From Thalia democratica (taxonomy: Eukaryota): DNA of 64,000 nt. Positions 38,201-53,367 of this stretch are shown piece after piece (the first letter of the stretch is position 1; every line of letters starts with the position of its first letter). The notes beneath the pieces are model-generated. The model was not told where the DNA came from, ran no database searches, and worked only from the letters and a program-made list of their open reading frames with translations. The stretch is from the NCBI GenBank assembly GCA_965202585.1, contig OZ241832.1, forward strand, positions 6,076,001 to 6,140,000, given 5' to 3'. Position numbers and translations under genes: made by a program.

Positions 38201-41200
38201 GTATAAGTGATACTTGGTTAAACATATTAGTTAGAATTGAAGTTAAAAAAATCATTATGCTCATATAAACTACAATCGACAACATTTAAATAGCATATAA
38301 AACAAGCATTTAACTCTAAATTACACAAAACTGCTTTTAATTTATTTTAATTTGTTCAAGATGAATTATGTGTATTTTAGAAACCTTTATACATTAGTTT
38401 ATAGCACTACATTTAAAGCTTTGTAAACTCATTTTAGTTATAATTTAGTTTAAAACGTTTTGCCATGTTTGCCAAAAACTACAGAGTTTTTGTAGTCATT
38501 GATTTAACAACTTGTTCAACTTTAAATTTGAAGCAAATAGATAAAAAACCAAAATGTGCATAGTGAATGAACGCTTAACAAAGACACTGTAATAATAACA
38601 TATATGAATGACTGAAAAAACTCTGCTTTTATTGGTTGTAGCAAAAAAATCCATATGTCACAACATGAAAAAAAAAAAACAGTTTAATAATCTATGATTC
38701 ACTGTTTGTTCACTGTTTTGAACCTTACATGTTAAATAAAAGCTGATCATGCCATTTCAATGTTTTATGCTTTTTTACTATGAAATATAAAGATATCCTT
38801 ACTTAAATACAACCTTTATTGTATTAAGATGTTTTACTTGTTTTCAAATAAACAAGCAATAGGTAAGATGTCAAGTGTATTCACTGACTTGATTTCTTTT
38901 TTGTCTTAAGTACTAATTTATTACACTAGCATTAAATGTAATACTGTTTTTTTGTTTTAATTTACTAAATAAATAATGACACATAAATCATTGATAAGTT
39001 CCTGAAACAACTTAAACTAATGATCTCAACATACAACTTTGTTTTTTTTACATTTGAAAACAGTATAGTCTTAAGTTAAAAATATAATGTTACAATGAAA
39101 ATATGATCAACTGTTGTTATAATTGAACAATGAGTTTCAAGCAGTTTTAAGCCACAAGGAAGATGGTAGCAAAACTGATCAGTTTGAATTTTCTACAAGT
39201 AAGTTAAATGTTTTATTTAACTAACAGATTAATAATTACTAAACAAGTTTTTCAATAGACTGCTGTAAAATATTCTCATGTAGCTAGAATAAGTTATATC
39301 TTAAAACTTTTATATTTTTGGAAAGTTTTAATTGTGTTCTTTTTTATAACTTCCAACAATAGACTAAAGTAGTAGTTGAAAAATTTGAAAAATTAAATTT
39401 TTCAAATGTTTTTATATCAATAATGTGTTCTAAATCCAAATCGAAAGACCAAAGCCATCTTGGAAGATTGGAAGTTGAACTGAAGGACAATTTATAAAAT
39501 GATCAACTCAATAAATAGAGTTTACATAATATGAACAGAACTTTTTTCATTTATTTATAAGCAGTAGGCTAGTATTTATTTTTCATCTCAGTAGGTATTT
39601 GTATGTTTTTGAGTGTTTTAATTGGATCAGTCTAGTTTATAGAAAGTTTTACTATGTTTTATTTTCTCTGTTTATAGTTTGTTAGTGTATCAGTAAACAA
39701 TTTCATTCAATAGTCTACATTTCATCTGTGTAAATAAAATTATTAGTTTCTATATAAATTTTTGCTAGAGAAAAAGAAAGATAAATATATAAATCATAAG
39801 CTGAAATTACTGATAAAATTTCAAACTAGTAATAGGTTGACTTATTTTATGATTACTATTGTTTTTTATTTTTTTAATTTAATTTTTATTTATTAACCAT
39901 TACAAGTGTTTCTTTGTGACTGTTTATTTTATTATTTAGTTTTAGTTAAACTCCTATATATAGATATCTACACAAACTTGAAAATAACTGATAGTTTGAT
40001 TTGAAAGGATATATTTATTTTATATTTTTTATTTAGTTTAAGGCAAAAACTCTTTTGCTTTTATTGAATACAGCTTTGTTTTTTTTTTTAATATTGCAGT
40101 TTGCTTTTAAAAGCTTTTAAAATTTAAACTTAGTTTCTAGAAAAAAAACAATATTTTATAACTTAACTTTTGATAACAGTAAAAAAACAACCTTAGAAAC
40201 TTTGGATTAAGCTTAAGTTATTAAATTAAAATATTTTTAGTAATTACTTATATATTTTTGAGTTTATAACATATTTAGTTTTTGTTTTAAATAATTCTAT
40301 CTAAACATTATAGTCTTGTGCTGATAATAAGAAAAATTCTAGATAATATAATGAAGAAGTATAAAGCTATATTTAAGTCTAACGATTAGTTATTTTGTTT
40401 TTAAAGATTATACTAAAAATTAAAACATGTGCTTTGATCTAAATAAGGGTATTCAAGGCTTTTTTTTAAAAGGTACCAATTAAGAAATTAAAGAGCTGCT
40501 TAGCAGTGAAACTTTGGTAGTACTAATAAACGTTTGTTTCGAACGTACTACTGTTTTGTTTAATATTGTAGAATATTTATTATAAAATATCAATTACTTA
40601 AAAAGTTATTGATTTCCAAGTAAAACTATTTTTAAGTTTTGCGGTCATTGTTGTACTATGAAAAATAAAAATTTAAATAAGAAACAGATAGTTTTTAAAA
40701 TATATTTTTCATTAATGATATAAGATTAGTCTCTTATTTTTGTTAACACTAGTTAGGAAAAATGTTTTTTTTGTTTAAAAATAGATTTGCTTTTAATTAG
40801 TTTAAAATGTAATTCAAATTTTTTAAGTTAGGTTTAAGCAGGTAGAATAACAAGTAATGATCTTAAAACTCACTTGCTTGATCTTTGGAAAACGTTTATC
40901 GTTGCAGAGGGGGGAGTGAGATTTTATGTTTTCTACCATAGAAAAATAAAATAAAACCTGTTTGAACACAGTTTGGAGTATTTTTAATTTCCATACATCT
41001 ATTTCTTGTTAATAAAGCAGACTATCAAGTAATTGTGATCGAGTCTTTATTGTTCTATTTCAAACTATTCTAAAAAAGTCATTGCATGTACTGCAAGCGG
41101 TGCGATTTCAAATTGAATGTTTTATGGGTGTGGGAATCAAAAACGTTGGGAGCCACTGCTTTAAAGTGTGTTTACAATAACTAATTTGATAATGAAAGTA

Positions 41201-41225
41201 ATTTTGATAAAAACTGTGGAAACAG

Positions 41226-41344
41226 GTCAAAATTGCACGATGAAAATGTTACACCATGGGTCAATTTTGCACGAGTTACAATTTTGCACGGAGGCTCATT
41301 TTTGCACGAGAGTAAAAAAAAATGTCCCCTCGTGCAAATTTGAC
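41226..41344. mobile_element. TTTTGCACG element, second copy
   Basis: Same structure as 17,493-17,611. Confidence 0.6.
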
Positions 41345-41598
41345 AGCTACTCATAAATTGTATCAGTATTTGCGTTTGTTAAGTTACTTGTAGATTTATT
41401 TCTGAATCTATGGGAAAACACTGAGATTAAATAAAATATAGTTTTTAAAATTAAAGATATAACAACTGATGAGTTTTTAAGTTTTACTTTACTTGAAATC
41501 TTTCAAATATGTGTAAACTCATTTAGGTTATTAATAAACTGTAAGTTTTGACTTGTTAAAAATAAAATATCTAAAGTTAAAGATTATTCTAGTATATT

Positions 41599-42016
41599 AA
41601 GTTTGATAAAGGGTTGATCATGCCAATTAGATCATCATACCACAAGCTTCGGTAGACTGAGACCGGTTTCGTCATCAGTCAGTCACAACCGAAAAATCTT
41701 GCTGCCGTCAATCTACAAACGGTTTATCATGCTTTCACATGAAGCAACCATTTGCTGGCAATGATCAGTGACGTCAGCATTGTCTTTTGCCGTGTAACGT
41801 TTAAGACATTGTTCACTAGGCAATACATCTGGTACGCTCATATTAAGTAAAATCAACAAAAACATCGGCGAAAGTCTGCAGGGTTTACTCAGTTTACTGA
41901 AAGCTTGTGGTCTGATGTTCTAATTGGTATGATCAACCCTTTGTTAAACTTTAACTTGTCTCACGGCAAACAAAATTACAGTTTAAGCTCTGCAGACTTT
42001 CGCCGTTGTTTTTGTT
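41599..42016 (-). mobile_element. Hammerhead-bearing structured element, second copy
   Basis: Appears identical to 17,865-18,282 at offset 23,734. Confidence 0.55.
41648..41693 (-). ncRNA. Minimal type I hammerhead ribozyme, second copy
   Basis: Identical to 17,914-17,959 (gactgagaccggtttcgtcatcagtcagtc at 41,655-41,684). Confidence 0.85.
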
Positions 42017-42830
42017 TTAGTATACTATGACATAACTTACTAGTTTTTTTTTCAAAGTTTGCTTAAAATATAATTTATTTTTAATTAAGTTAAAATACTA
42101 AATAGTGCTATAAACGTTATCTCGATGATTAAACAGAAAAAACAATTCAACTCAAACTCATAGTTAGTAACAAATAATGTATTATTACCATTCTATTTTG
42201 TACTAAAATAATTCACACTTTCCATATAGTTTTTCAAGTTTTTATTTATTTGAAACACAATGCAAAACACATTAAGATCATACTTTCAATAACGAAAGTA
42301 TCAATTATTTCATAATCTAACAAAAGTGTACTGACTATAGAAAATTTGTTAATAGCTCATGAAAAATGCTATTTGGCTAAAACTAATTTAATGTAAAAAC
42401 TCTTATGCATGCAAGTTATGGAAAAAATCAAAAACCTTTTTCAAACTTTTGATAGTAAAACACTAGTTGATTAGATTAACAAAAGTTCCACAACATTAAT
42501 TATTTTTTAAATGTTTAAAAAACACATTGTTAGTTTTAACTGAAATTTTTTCTAAAACAAACCTTAAAACGATGATAAAAACCTAAGAATTTTTAAGCAT
42601 TTTATCAAATATTATTAAAAAACGTTAAAAACTCAAAACTAAATCTAGCTTTTAGTAAAAACATTTTGATTTCTATCCTAGTTTTATTAGAAAGACTTAA
42701 ATAAAATAAACAAAAAAAAAATTAAAACAGCTATAAAAACACCTGTTAATTTTTAACTACCCAAAGTTTATCAAATTAAACCATTCACTTTTTCATGACG
42801 TCACATCAGTTTCCTATCAACACGTCATCA

Positions 42831-42861
42831 CTAACCACTATATCCGGTTGAACTTGAATAC
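42831..42861 (-). CDS. Duplicate of terminal exon 19,097-19,127
   Basis: Same sequence and acceptor at offset 23,734. Confidence 0.6.
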
Positions 42862-43124
42862 CTGAAAATAAATAATATAAACTTGTAAAACAAATTTTTT
42901 TAAATAATATAAAGTTTCCTATATGCAAAAATATTCATTTGTATAACCACTGGGTTTTTCGTTTATCTAAAGTTTCCTAAAGAAAAAATACAAATTTGTA
43001 AAACAATTGTTTTTTCTTATGTGAAGTTTTCTATACGTAAAATAGTTTATATAAAAAATTTTAATGTATTTTTGTTTAATTCATTTAGGAAACAGTAGAT
43101 TCGAATTTTATATGTACAGCTTAC

Positions 43125-43224
43125 CTTATTGTGAAACTATTGAGTTTTTGTTCATACAACTTTTTAATTTGTTGCTTGCCTGATTGTATTTCATCCAACA
43201 GTCTTCTGCAAGCAACACCAGCAG
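43125..43224 (-). CDS. Duplicate of exon 19,391-19,490
   Basis: Same sequence and splice sites at offset 23,734. Confidence 0.65.
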
Positions 43225-44460
43225 CTGAAACGAATATCAATGAGGCTCCTCCCACAGATAACCAATTTGTTTCATCTTTCAATATAAATATCTGTAAAAA
43301 TATAATAAATAATATGTAATAATATCAATGATGCTCATAACATTTCATCACAATTTGTTTCACAACAATCAAACACATAACCAATTTGTTTCATCTTTCA
43401 AAATAAATATCTGTTTAAAATATAATAAATAATGTATAATAATATAAGTGAGGCATCTTTAACAGACAACCAAATGTTCTCATCATTTAATATGAAAATC
43501 TTTAGGAAAAAAACATTTATTTAAATTTTAAAGTGAAAACCAATTTGTTTCGATGTTTAAGATGATAATATGTTAAAGTAACAACAAGTAATATAAAATG
43601 TTTTAAAATTAATGCACTCCCAACTAATAACCAATTCGTTTCACCATTCAAGATAAATATCTGCAATAAATAATTGAATACGTATACATGCACCTAAGTA
43701 TACATTTTGTAATTCATAATCCATTTGTTTCGTCTTTAAAGATATAAATCTGTTAAGTTAGTATACAATTAGGTTATATATATAACTGAATCCTTTTCAA
43801 TAGGGACCTTATGCCAATGGACTTACTTACATTCATTGAAAATAAGGTTTTAAATTAATTCGAGTTTCTGAAAAAATTTGTATATGTAAATTTATAACTA
43901 CTATGAATTTAGTGAGAATATTTGATTGAAATATAGTCAGTTGTTATTACAAGCAAAAAATGTTTAATTTAGTATTTTTATATGATCAACGAACAGAAGC
44001 TTACTTATTCAAGGTGTCAACCCAAACAGTGCAACTAGTTGGTTCTGGCCGGTATACTTACAATTCCCACCCTTATATTTTTTGATATTATTTTTTACTA
44101 TCACTGTTACCCTCGGTTGGTAAGTGGTTCTCAGATTTGATCGGGTGGGAACTAAGCGGTTGCCGTTCTGGCCATAGCTTGCCAAGATCTGTATTTAACT
44201 AGATTAACATTTTTTTGTTAGAATCGATTCCAGTTTTGGTTAGATTTTGGTTCGAAAAAATAATCTTCTCTGGTCCTGGTTGGACTTGGTTTAGATTAAA
44301 GACCCAGATCCAGCCAAGAATATAAGTAAATTGAAACTGAACTAACATTTGGATCCAGTAGAACGAAAATTTATTTTAGGTGCCGGATTCAGATTGTTAA
44401 AATTCTTTTAAAAAATATATTTGTTTTCTTAATTATAGTTTAAAAATAATACTTATTCAG

Positions 44461-45075
44461 ATTTGGAAACTATCAACAACAAAAGCTCGAAATACAATCT
44501 CCAACTACTAGAACAAACTTCTGACGAATTTAAGTTTATCAAAGATTTTTTCCACGCTACCTCAACAAAAAATTGGCTTTACAATGCCTCTTTCAAAATT
44601 TTTAAAATATATAAAGTGATCTAACAAAACACAAATAAAACGGAGGAAAGCAGCAACCTGATGCTGTTTCACGGTACAGTTGAGAAAACGTAGCTAGTAT
44701 TTTGCAAAAAGGTTTTGTAAACTCTGATAACGGTCAACTTGGGAGAGGAGTCTACATGACAGTGAGTTCTGACGTTGCTTCTTTTTACACGATCCGTAGC
44801 AATTATGTAGCTGATAAACCGTACTTCGTGTTTGTCAATGAAGTTCGCCACTCGCAAAAGCTACAAGCTGTTCACGAGACAAAATTTTCTTTTGATGATG
44901 ATAAAATGCAGTATGTTCCTTTCATCCGATATCGGGATGAATCAAGTCAGAAAACAACTGAAGACGACTTCAAAAAGGATAAGTAGGGTATAGAAACATT
45001 GGAGTTAATGTAAAGAATTTACATAACCACTTTGTTGCAGACTCTAAAGGTGTTATGGTATGTGATAAGTTTTAA
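44461..45075 (+). pseudogene. PARP-family catalytic domain, disabled, second copy
   Basis: Same sequence with the same stops and frameshifts as 20,727-21,341. ORF-track entry 44702..44986 is identical to 20968..21252. Confidence 0.85.
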
Positions 45076-46107
45076 AGGCGATGAAGAATCAAAACAATTA
45101 AAAATTAAATTAAATTCAAAAGTTCTCCAAGTTTTAACTCTGTTTTAAAGTATGAGTTTGTTTAAGATGTAATAAAGCATCGTTTAGTTTTTCTAATATT
45201 GACATCCAGTATTTTTAAATTTAGTATTACTTATGTCAGCAACATAGTAGTATTATACTCAATTAAAAATGCTTCAAAATTTCGTAATTTTTGCATTTTC
45301 TAAGTTGTTATAAATTTAATGTAAGGTGTTTAAAATTTCATTATAAGTCAAAATAACTTCTATATGGTATTTGGATTTGTTAAACTGTTACTAGTTAAAA
45401 AAAAATTATATTTAAATTAAACTTCAGCTTTTTGTTTTCGCTACTGAAGTTTTAGCCTGATAAACTAAGTAAATTTTTAACTTTTTATAAACATAATCGT
45501 ATGTTTGCCATTTAGAATATAATGATAAAATTAACAATTTAATGTAATAATATCTTACTTGATACTTTAGCTAACAGCTATTATTTACACTAAAAATTAC
45601 TGAAATCTCGTTTAGAAAACTTATTATAAAAACTTGTTGATTTGTGTAGTACTTGTCTTTTAAACAATACTTAGCTCTAGTATTAACCTTTAACTGTAAT
45701 AAGTATGTTGAATATTTATACAGACATTAAGGTTTAGCTTAAATTTACAGATTATATCAAGACATATCAAAACTCTAATGAAACTATTAAAAGTAAAAAT
45801 CTTTATTGGACTGTTAGTTAACTAATAACATTAATATACTTTATAAAAATGCAGTTTTCATCTGTAAACCAGACCAGCTGTAGTCATTAAAATTTATGCA
45901 AATTTGTATGCAATAAAATCGAATGATAATAACAAGTATATTTTTTTGGTTTTTTTCTTTTTTTTTTTCTTAACTTACAAATACTTGAAACTAAACATAT
46001 CCATCGTTTCTGGGCAGAATACTCAACCAAGCATAACACCAAAAATAACGGTGTATCAGGAAATAATCTGACAAACGAGTTTTCAGTAGCATACTCAAAC
46101 TAGTATT

Positions 46108-46577
46108 ATGAAAACTGATATAAAAAGTTGTTTAGCAACACATTTAATCATCAAATATTTTCAAACTATCAAACTCATCAAAGTTTCCATTTGAGCGCTG
46201 TTTTTCGATAATTAAAGATTCCTTAATTTTTTAGAGCTAAATTTTGTCTCTGTTAGTAAAATGCTTTCAAGTAGTGATTTAAACATTGATTCAGATCTGC
46301 AAGTATTTAATGCAGCAGATAGCTGGTTGTGTCATGACATAACTGAACGTAGGAAGTATGCAAAAGAACTTTTATGTCTAAAGTTCGACTTCCGCTTCTA
46401 TCAGTTCCTGCATTAAAACAAATTTAAGACAGAGTATCAACAAATTATCATAAATGTGGTGACATTATTGAAGCTGTTTTAGTTAAAAAACAACAATTAG
46501 ACACAATCACTTGCGATATCACAACCAGGTACTGCAACCAAAGTAATTTCAACATATTAGCTTGTAGAGGTGAAAAC
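46108..46577 (+). pseudogene. BTB-BACK-Kelch fragment, second copy
   Basis: Same sequence and lesions at offset 23,735. Confidence 0.85.
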
Positions 46578-49500
46578 TGTTACCTAGAGAAACATCTTAC
46601 AAAGCACTAAACAAGCTCGAATAAGGACAAACTATATTGAAAATGCCGTGTATTTCCAATAAGCACAAATTGTACAACAGGAGTCACCACACCTGACACC
46701 CAAAAGTTACATGAGCTGCCTTATTTGACGCAAAAAAGTTACGAGCAACAAGCGCCGGTTTAAACCCGATAAACTCCAATCAAAATCCGTATTTACAACC
46801 GAATGACTACGACTCTGTTTGTGATGAGCAACCACCAAACTGTATTTACAAAGAATGTGACTGATTTGTTAAAGAAACTTCTTAAATAAAGCTGATGAAA
46901 TTTTTTTGTTGAATGTTTTAAGCGTTGTTGTCAGATTTTAATCAGAATAAAGCCAAATGTATTAAAAACACGTGAAAATCCATTTTTTTACAATCTAGCA
47001 ACTTTACTTAACACCACTTGTTATTTTTCTAACTGATGTTTTGGTCAAATTGCTGTATATGGTTTGTCAGGCTGGATATCAAGGTTTTTTACAGATGATG
47101 GAAAACTTTAAGTTTTTCAATTTAAACTTTTACTAGTGATGCTAATACTATCAATAAAATTATCAGTGTATTAATTATTACGTCACTCTACATAAAACTT
47201 CGATGTTTTCAAAATTTCGTAGAGTAAAAGTGGACTGGACAGAAAAACGTTGATTTTTGTATTTATTTAAAAAATCGTATAAAAAATGGGTGAATTTTAC
47301 ACTTAGAATGATAAATCAAAATAACTGTTTTATAAGCACTGAAGTTAAAGTTTCGAGCAAGTTTTAAAAAATTAGTATGTAATCGAAAATTTAGATAAAA
47401 AGTTATGGGCGAAACAAATACAAAACATTGTAAAAAATATATCAAGTATATGCAATATGAACTGTAAGTACTAATCAAAAACTATAGAATGTGTTTGAAA
47501 GATGTGAAAAAGTGACAGTTTACAAACATTCAACGGTTAAACTAAATTTTTAAGGTACTCAGCTGATGCAAGTAATTTAATTCAGCTTTGAAACAAAAAC
47601 AAAGTAAAATCTAAGGGCTAGAAAAGTCTTAAAATGGTATGTTTGAACTTGATTTAAACAAGAAACTAATTCTAAGTGTTTTTAATAACACAAAGTAAAA
47701 ACTTACAGTATTTTAGACACGGAATTTGAACAGGCGACGATACAGCGAACAACCAAGATTAATTCAAGGAAACATAGAACAACAATGTCACTCTGAATTA
47801 GTTCCATATAATTGTTGAACTTGATTTAGAGCATGATAGCCGGATTATTTACTACAAATATGTATAACTTGTAGTCAACATCCAGCAAATAATACTAAAA
47901 ACCACGGTACAAAAATACGAAACTTTTTTTGAAAATTTCTTCCAGGTTTTTTAAGAACTTTTGCTCTTTTTTAGTACAAAAAAAAAAAAAGCTGAAAATT
48001 TGTTTTAATTAGTAAAACAAAGTACTATTACGAAAATTAAAATATATTTTTTGAATGATATACAATTTTTTCTATATGAATCGTATTCAATAGAATTTTC
48101 AATACTTAACATAAAAAAAATCTTATTTCTTTTTAAAATTTCAGATTTTTACAGGTTTTTAATGATTTTAGTTCAAAATTCTAGGTTTTTTGAGAGTTTT
48201 TTAACCAAAATTGTCTAGTTCCAAGTTTTCAAGTCTTTTTGCAACCCTGTTTATATACTACTTTGGTACTTTATAAAGATTTTTGCTTATTATACAACTG
48301 TGGTAACTAACTGTAGTAGTAACTAACGAAATTACTTTACAGAAATTAAACTACTAAAAAAAGAAAATAAATGAATCGATAGTTTATCACAGAGATTATT
48401 TTATCACAGAGAAGCTGGAACGAATAAGTCATAAAGACTTTAAATAGGAAGTTTATTTGAACTGTATTAGTTACTTGAAGGTAAAATAAGTGTTGTTTGA
48501 GACTTAAAGTTCAACTAATCATACAAACCAACACAACAAGATGATGATTGACAATAAAATACTAATAAAGAATGTAGTGGGCCAGAAGTAGAACTAACTT
48601 ACGAAACAACAAAATAGAAATATAATATCGTTTTAGACTTATAAACAAAGGCTATTAAGTTTAGAGAAACAATGGAGAATATTTTTCAAACAAACTGATA
48701 ATCAATTTTACAGTAATACAAACAAAATAATGAGCTTCAAACTAAAATACAAAATTGGATCTACTTTCAATATTGTTGGAATAAAGTATGTTTGAATACG
48801 AACATGACATAATTCACAACTAATTTTTCCACAGTTTTGTTCTACTCTAAACCAATACCTTTTAAAAATAAGTTATTTGAAATATTAAAGTTATTGTTAA
48901 AAAATAACTAACGTTAACAACCTCAAAATAAGAATTAGTTGGCGTAACGGTATTTGATACAATTAATCGAAAGTACAGAGCTTTGAATCGTTGAAACATT
49001 GTTTTTATTGTCAAATAAATCCATGTGGTTGCTTATAAATTTTAAGTAAAACAAATAACACCTAGTCTATTTGTTTTAAATTATAATTGTAATGTGTAAT
49101 TGTAATTAAACTAAAAGAGTGACATAAACAACTTTTAACTGACTTTTAAAAACAAACCGTCTACAAGATATTTGGCATTTATTAGACAGTATTAAACACC
49201 ATAAAATACTTTAACTATTTTAATTACAATAGATATTGAAAAACTAAACTACGATGCAAAACTGTTGTGTTACTTATAGAACAATACCAAGGTTGTCTAC
49301 TATAAAACTTAACCATTTATATTAAAACACCAAGGTTATGTACTATAAAACGTTAAGCTTTTACTTTTAGTTTAAACTTGTCTGTTAAAACAAATAATAA
49401 AACTCTGTTTAGTATCAGTTAGCTATGGGCTGTTAGTAGAATTGAGTACGAAACAGCGTTAACTCTCAATAACAAACGCTATTAGTTCAGGTTGAACAAA

Positions 49501-52500
49501 AGTTTAAATATTGTCAGTCATAAGAAATCATGAAAATATTTATAAATATGAAAAGTGATACAATTAAATGTCGATAAGAGTGGAACATATATTTTAGTTA
49601 ACCCTAGAGTTTTATTCACTTATAAATCAATAACTATCCTACCTTTAACGACCCTATAAGAATTTCTAAGCATACAAAATACATTTTAAATATAAGTATA
49701 TATAATTATATTTAGTCTTTACTTAACCTTGGGCAAGATTTAGAACTAAATTACGAAACAAAAAACATAATATAACAACAAAGAAGACTTATACACAAAC
49801 AATATCAATTAAAGAGAAACCGTAGATTCATTTAAAATAAACCTTGAAATAATTTTACTGTTAACAACAACAATTTTTAATTAAAAATATAAAACTGGAT
49901 CTTGTTAAGTTAAAATAAATCATGAGTAAAACATTCTTTTCAATCCGGGAACAACTTTTAAACCAAAAATTTATCGAAGTATAATTAATGTTGAAAGAAA
50001 TTTAAAGTATAATTAGACTTACAAATAATCATTAGAATAAGTTCATAAGAAACCATAGAAACATTTTTTTTGCCACAAACTTTAAGAAGTTCTACAGTAA
50101 CATCAATGAAACATTAACTAAAATATGATCTAATGTTTTGATTGGAAATAAATCATTTGTAAAAGACATTTTTGAACTAATTCCAGGTTTTGTTGAGCTC
50201 CATTGAGTTTTATACTGGTGATAAACAGAAGAAGTATGAATATTAAGATAGTAATTTAAGAAAAGATGGGAAACAAAACATAACATTTAGTTCTGTTTTA
50301 GTTATGGAAACATATATGAAGCTTTGAGGCATTGTTAAACCAAACAGTTTAGATTTTATAAGAATCAAAATGTAATACTTATTCTTAATGTTTTTCAACA
50401 TTATTGACATATTTGCCAAAAGTACAACTTAGACAAGACCATTACGTAAGATAGCCAAAAAAAAAACTAGGCTTGAAATGGAGTTATCAAAATTACTATA
50501 AACAATAACTAAACAAGACTTAAAATGATTTTTGAAGTGGGCTAAAATTGCTTGATTGTAACAAAAACATAAGTTAAGCTAGCTATTGTTATTAGAAGAC
50601 CTAATAAACTTTAAATGACGTGAAACTAAGACTAAAAGTATCACAAAGATTTTATATCGGAAGTATATTCGAACTGTAATTATTATCTTCATTTTAAGAA
50701 ATTTTTAATTAATGTTACAGAAATACGAACAAAAAAATGAACTACCAACTAAAAATACGAAATTAGATATAATTTTAATCTCGTTGAGAATAAGTATGTT
50801 TAATCACGAATAACACATAATTCTTAAAGCTCTATTCTAAACCAATATTTTTTTTAAATAAGTTGCACCATCTGAAGTGATAGAACAACGTATTGACAAA
50901 TTAGGGCAAATTTACGAACCAGAGTTGCCATAATACTATTGTTTCTATGCCAGTTGAACGCTGAACACTTATTAAACGTTGGTTTATTTAAAACTAAAAC
51001 CTCTAGTAAATAATTTGTAAGGCAAGCAATTGGTTTAAAGAAGTATGTTGAAAACAATTAAAAGTCAGATGCAGGGAACTCAATTGAATTTTATATTGGA
51101 AATAAACTAATTTTTTAGTAAAATTAGATGTAGAGTGAATAGTCTAAGTAGATTTGGTAATTTAAAGTTGGATTATTTGTAGAATGAGTTACGTTAACAA
51201 GTAAAATTAAAGGAAAAAAATCGTAAATACTTAAATAAAATATAAACACATGCATAGATTTCTAGAGATCTAACGTTTGGATGTAAATAAAATTACCCTT
51301 TTCACCTTAATTATCTTATTGAGAAATGCGTCCAAAATCAAACCAACCATATAGTTCTAGCTCATTAATAAAAAACGTAAGTTAGTGTAATAAATTACGA
51401 ACAACAATGCAAAAACTAACAAAAAGCTAGACACTTTAAACGATATGTTACTAAAATTTTGAGAAAGTTAGCGTACTAAAAGAGACTTCAAGATGACGTA
51501 ACATTAGTGGGTACTAAGACTAAGTAAAGTTCAACTAAAATACCTAAATTTAATGGACACAAAAAAATGTTTCGTTACTATAACAATGGATACAACTTTA
51601 TGTGGACAAACTAAGACGTTTGTTATGAGAAATTTAAACTTAATTGGTAGTTAAGTGGAAACTTGTTTTAATAAGCCTTAACATTATTTTACAGTAACAA
51701 CAGCAAAAAATGAAGTGTCTAACTTGATTAAAACTACTAATAATATTAAAGTATAATAACGAACTTGACTTATAAACAAACTTTAGAATAAATTAAACCG
51801 TAAATTAATTCAATTAGATAAAACCATAAAAATTTGGCTTAAATGGCACAACATAAATTCAGCTGAAAAAAACTCTAAACAAAATCTTTAAATAAGCCTG
51901 TAAGTGGGATGTATATTTCATCTGTAATATTACTTGAAAGAAACAGTTTAATCTTTTAGATTTATAGATAATTATATGTTGTTTATGACATAAAACTAGA
52001 AATAATCATATAAACCAGCACAAAATGGTAATAATTAATGATTAAGTAATTAGAATTTATTGTAATTTTGACATTAGTTTTATTTAAACGCAGGAATAAA
52101 GTATAAAAAGAGTTAATTGCCATATACATATGTATTATTTAATTGCACCTTACTTAATATTTATTATGATGTTATGATTACATTACCTTATCGATATTCC
52201 TTACGTACTTAAGACAGAATACACTACTTACCTTAAAAAATTCTACCAAAATTAACCTTTTAATACGACTTAAAAGTTTAATAAAAAGTGAGAATAGTAG
52301 TAGTAAACTAATTAGAGAAATGGTACTAAAAAGTAAATCTAGTTTTGAGACATGTTTACCCTTGTGTTTACATAGATTAAATCAGCAGGAAAATATAAAA
52401 TATTTAAGTTAAATGTACACGCATTACAAACATACGAATTTGAGGATACTAAATGCTTATAAGCAAAAATATCATTTAGACAAGACAAATATGTATGATA

Positions 52501-53079
52501 TGCTCATTATTGTATACAAAAAACTTTGCTGAATCGTACTACAAAAACTATTTTAAAAAATAGTAAACAAAACCTCAAAAATAAAATAGTTACTTAATTG
52601 GCGTAACTGTGTTTGTTTAAAAAAAATTAAAGCTGGTAAACAGTTTATCAATTCGCCATTTTTAGTTTAGCTAAAGGCAGTTTTATAGTGTTAATATATA
52701 CAAGGTTGTCACATATCTAGTTGAAAAAATTTACGGATTTTTGAATTTAATTCAAAAATACATATATTCAAAAACTAGCAACTTTACTTTAAATAAACAA
52801 TTTATCTCATTGAATTTCGAGTGGGATAAATATTTTTTTAAAGCAATAAAAACAACAGCATAAACTAGCGCAACAAGATAATAATTAATGATGAAATCAT
52901 AAGAGTTGGTTGTAGTTTGAATATTTGTTCAACTTAAGTTTTGTAAGGGAGTGTACAAAATTACATGAATAAAACTGTTTAATTAAGAAACACTGCTCTA
53001 TCAAATTAAAATAGTAGGAAAACAAACAACAATGATTGTTTAATATCGAAATTAATTTGATAAAATCAAGACTTATGAT

Positions 53080-53367
53080 CAGGGTTGCCACAGGATTTCT
53101 TCTAGATTTTTTTAATTACACGTTTATTGGTCTGTTTTTAATTAAAAATTAAGTTTAAGGTAAAAAATGCGTTAAACAGTATAACAACATAACTGTAAAG
53201 CTACTTTAAATGTGTTTAAAAAAAATAATGATGACAAATAATATATATAAATACATTTGATAGATTATTCGCGTCGAATCAAGATTTTACTACTTAACAT
53301 GTAAAAGTTGCTTAAAATTCAAGGTTATTTCAAAGTTTCACAAGCTCCAGGTTTTTTGGCAACCCTG
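53080..53367. mobile_element. 288-bp CAGGGTTGCCA MITE, second copy
   Basis: Same TIRs and length as 29,325-29,612. Confidence 0.65.

Larger units (their letters stand above)
17830..41563. repeat. Recent ~23.7-kb tandem repeat unit, copy A
   Basis: Identical or near-identical ORF translations recur at offsets of 23,733-23,756 (17435/41168, 19397/43131, 20968/44702, 23528/47263, 27099/50854, 31938/55694). By eye the sequence is almost identical from ~17,830 onward, with scattered SNPs, homopolymer-length differences and a few small indels. Confidence 0.95.
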
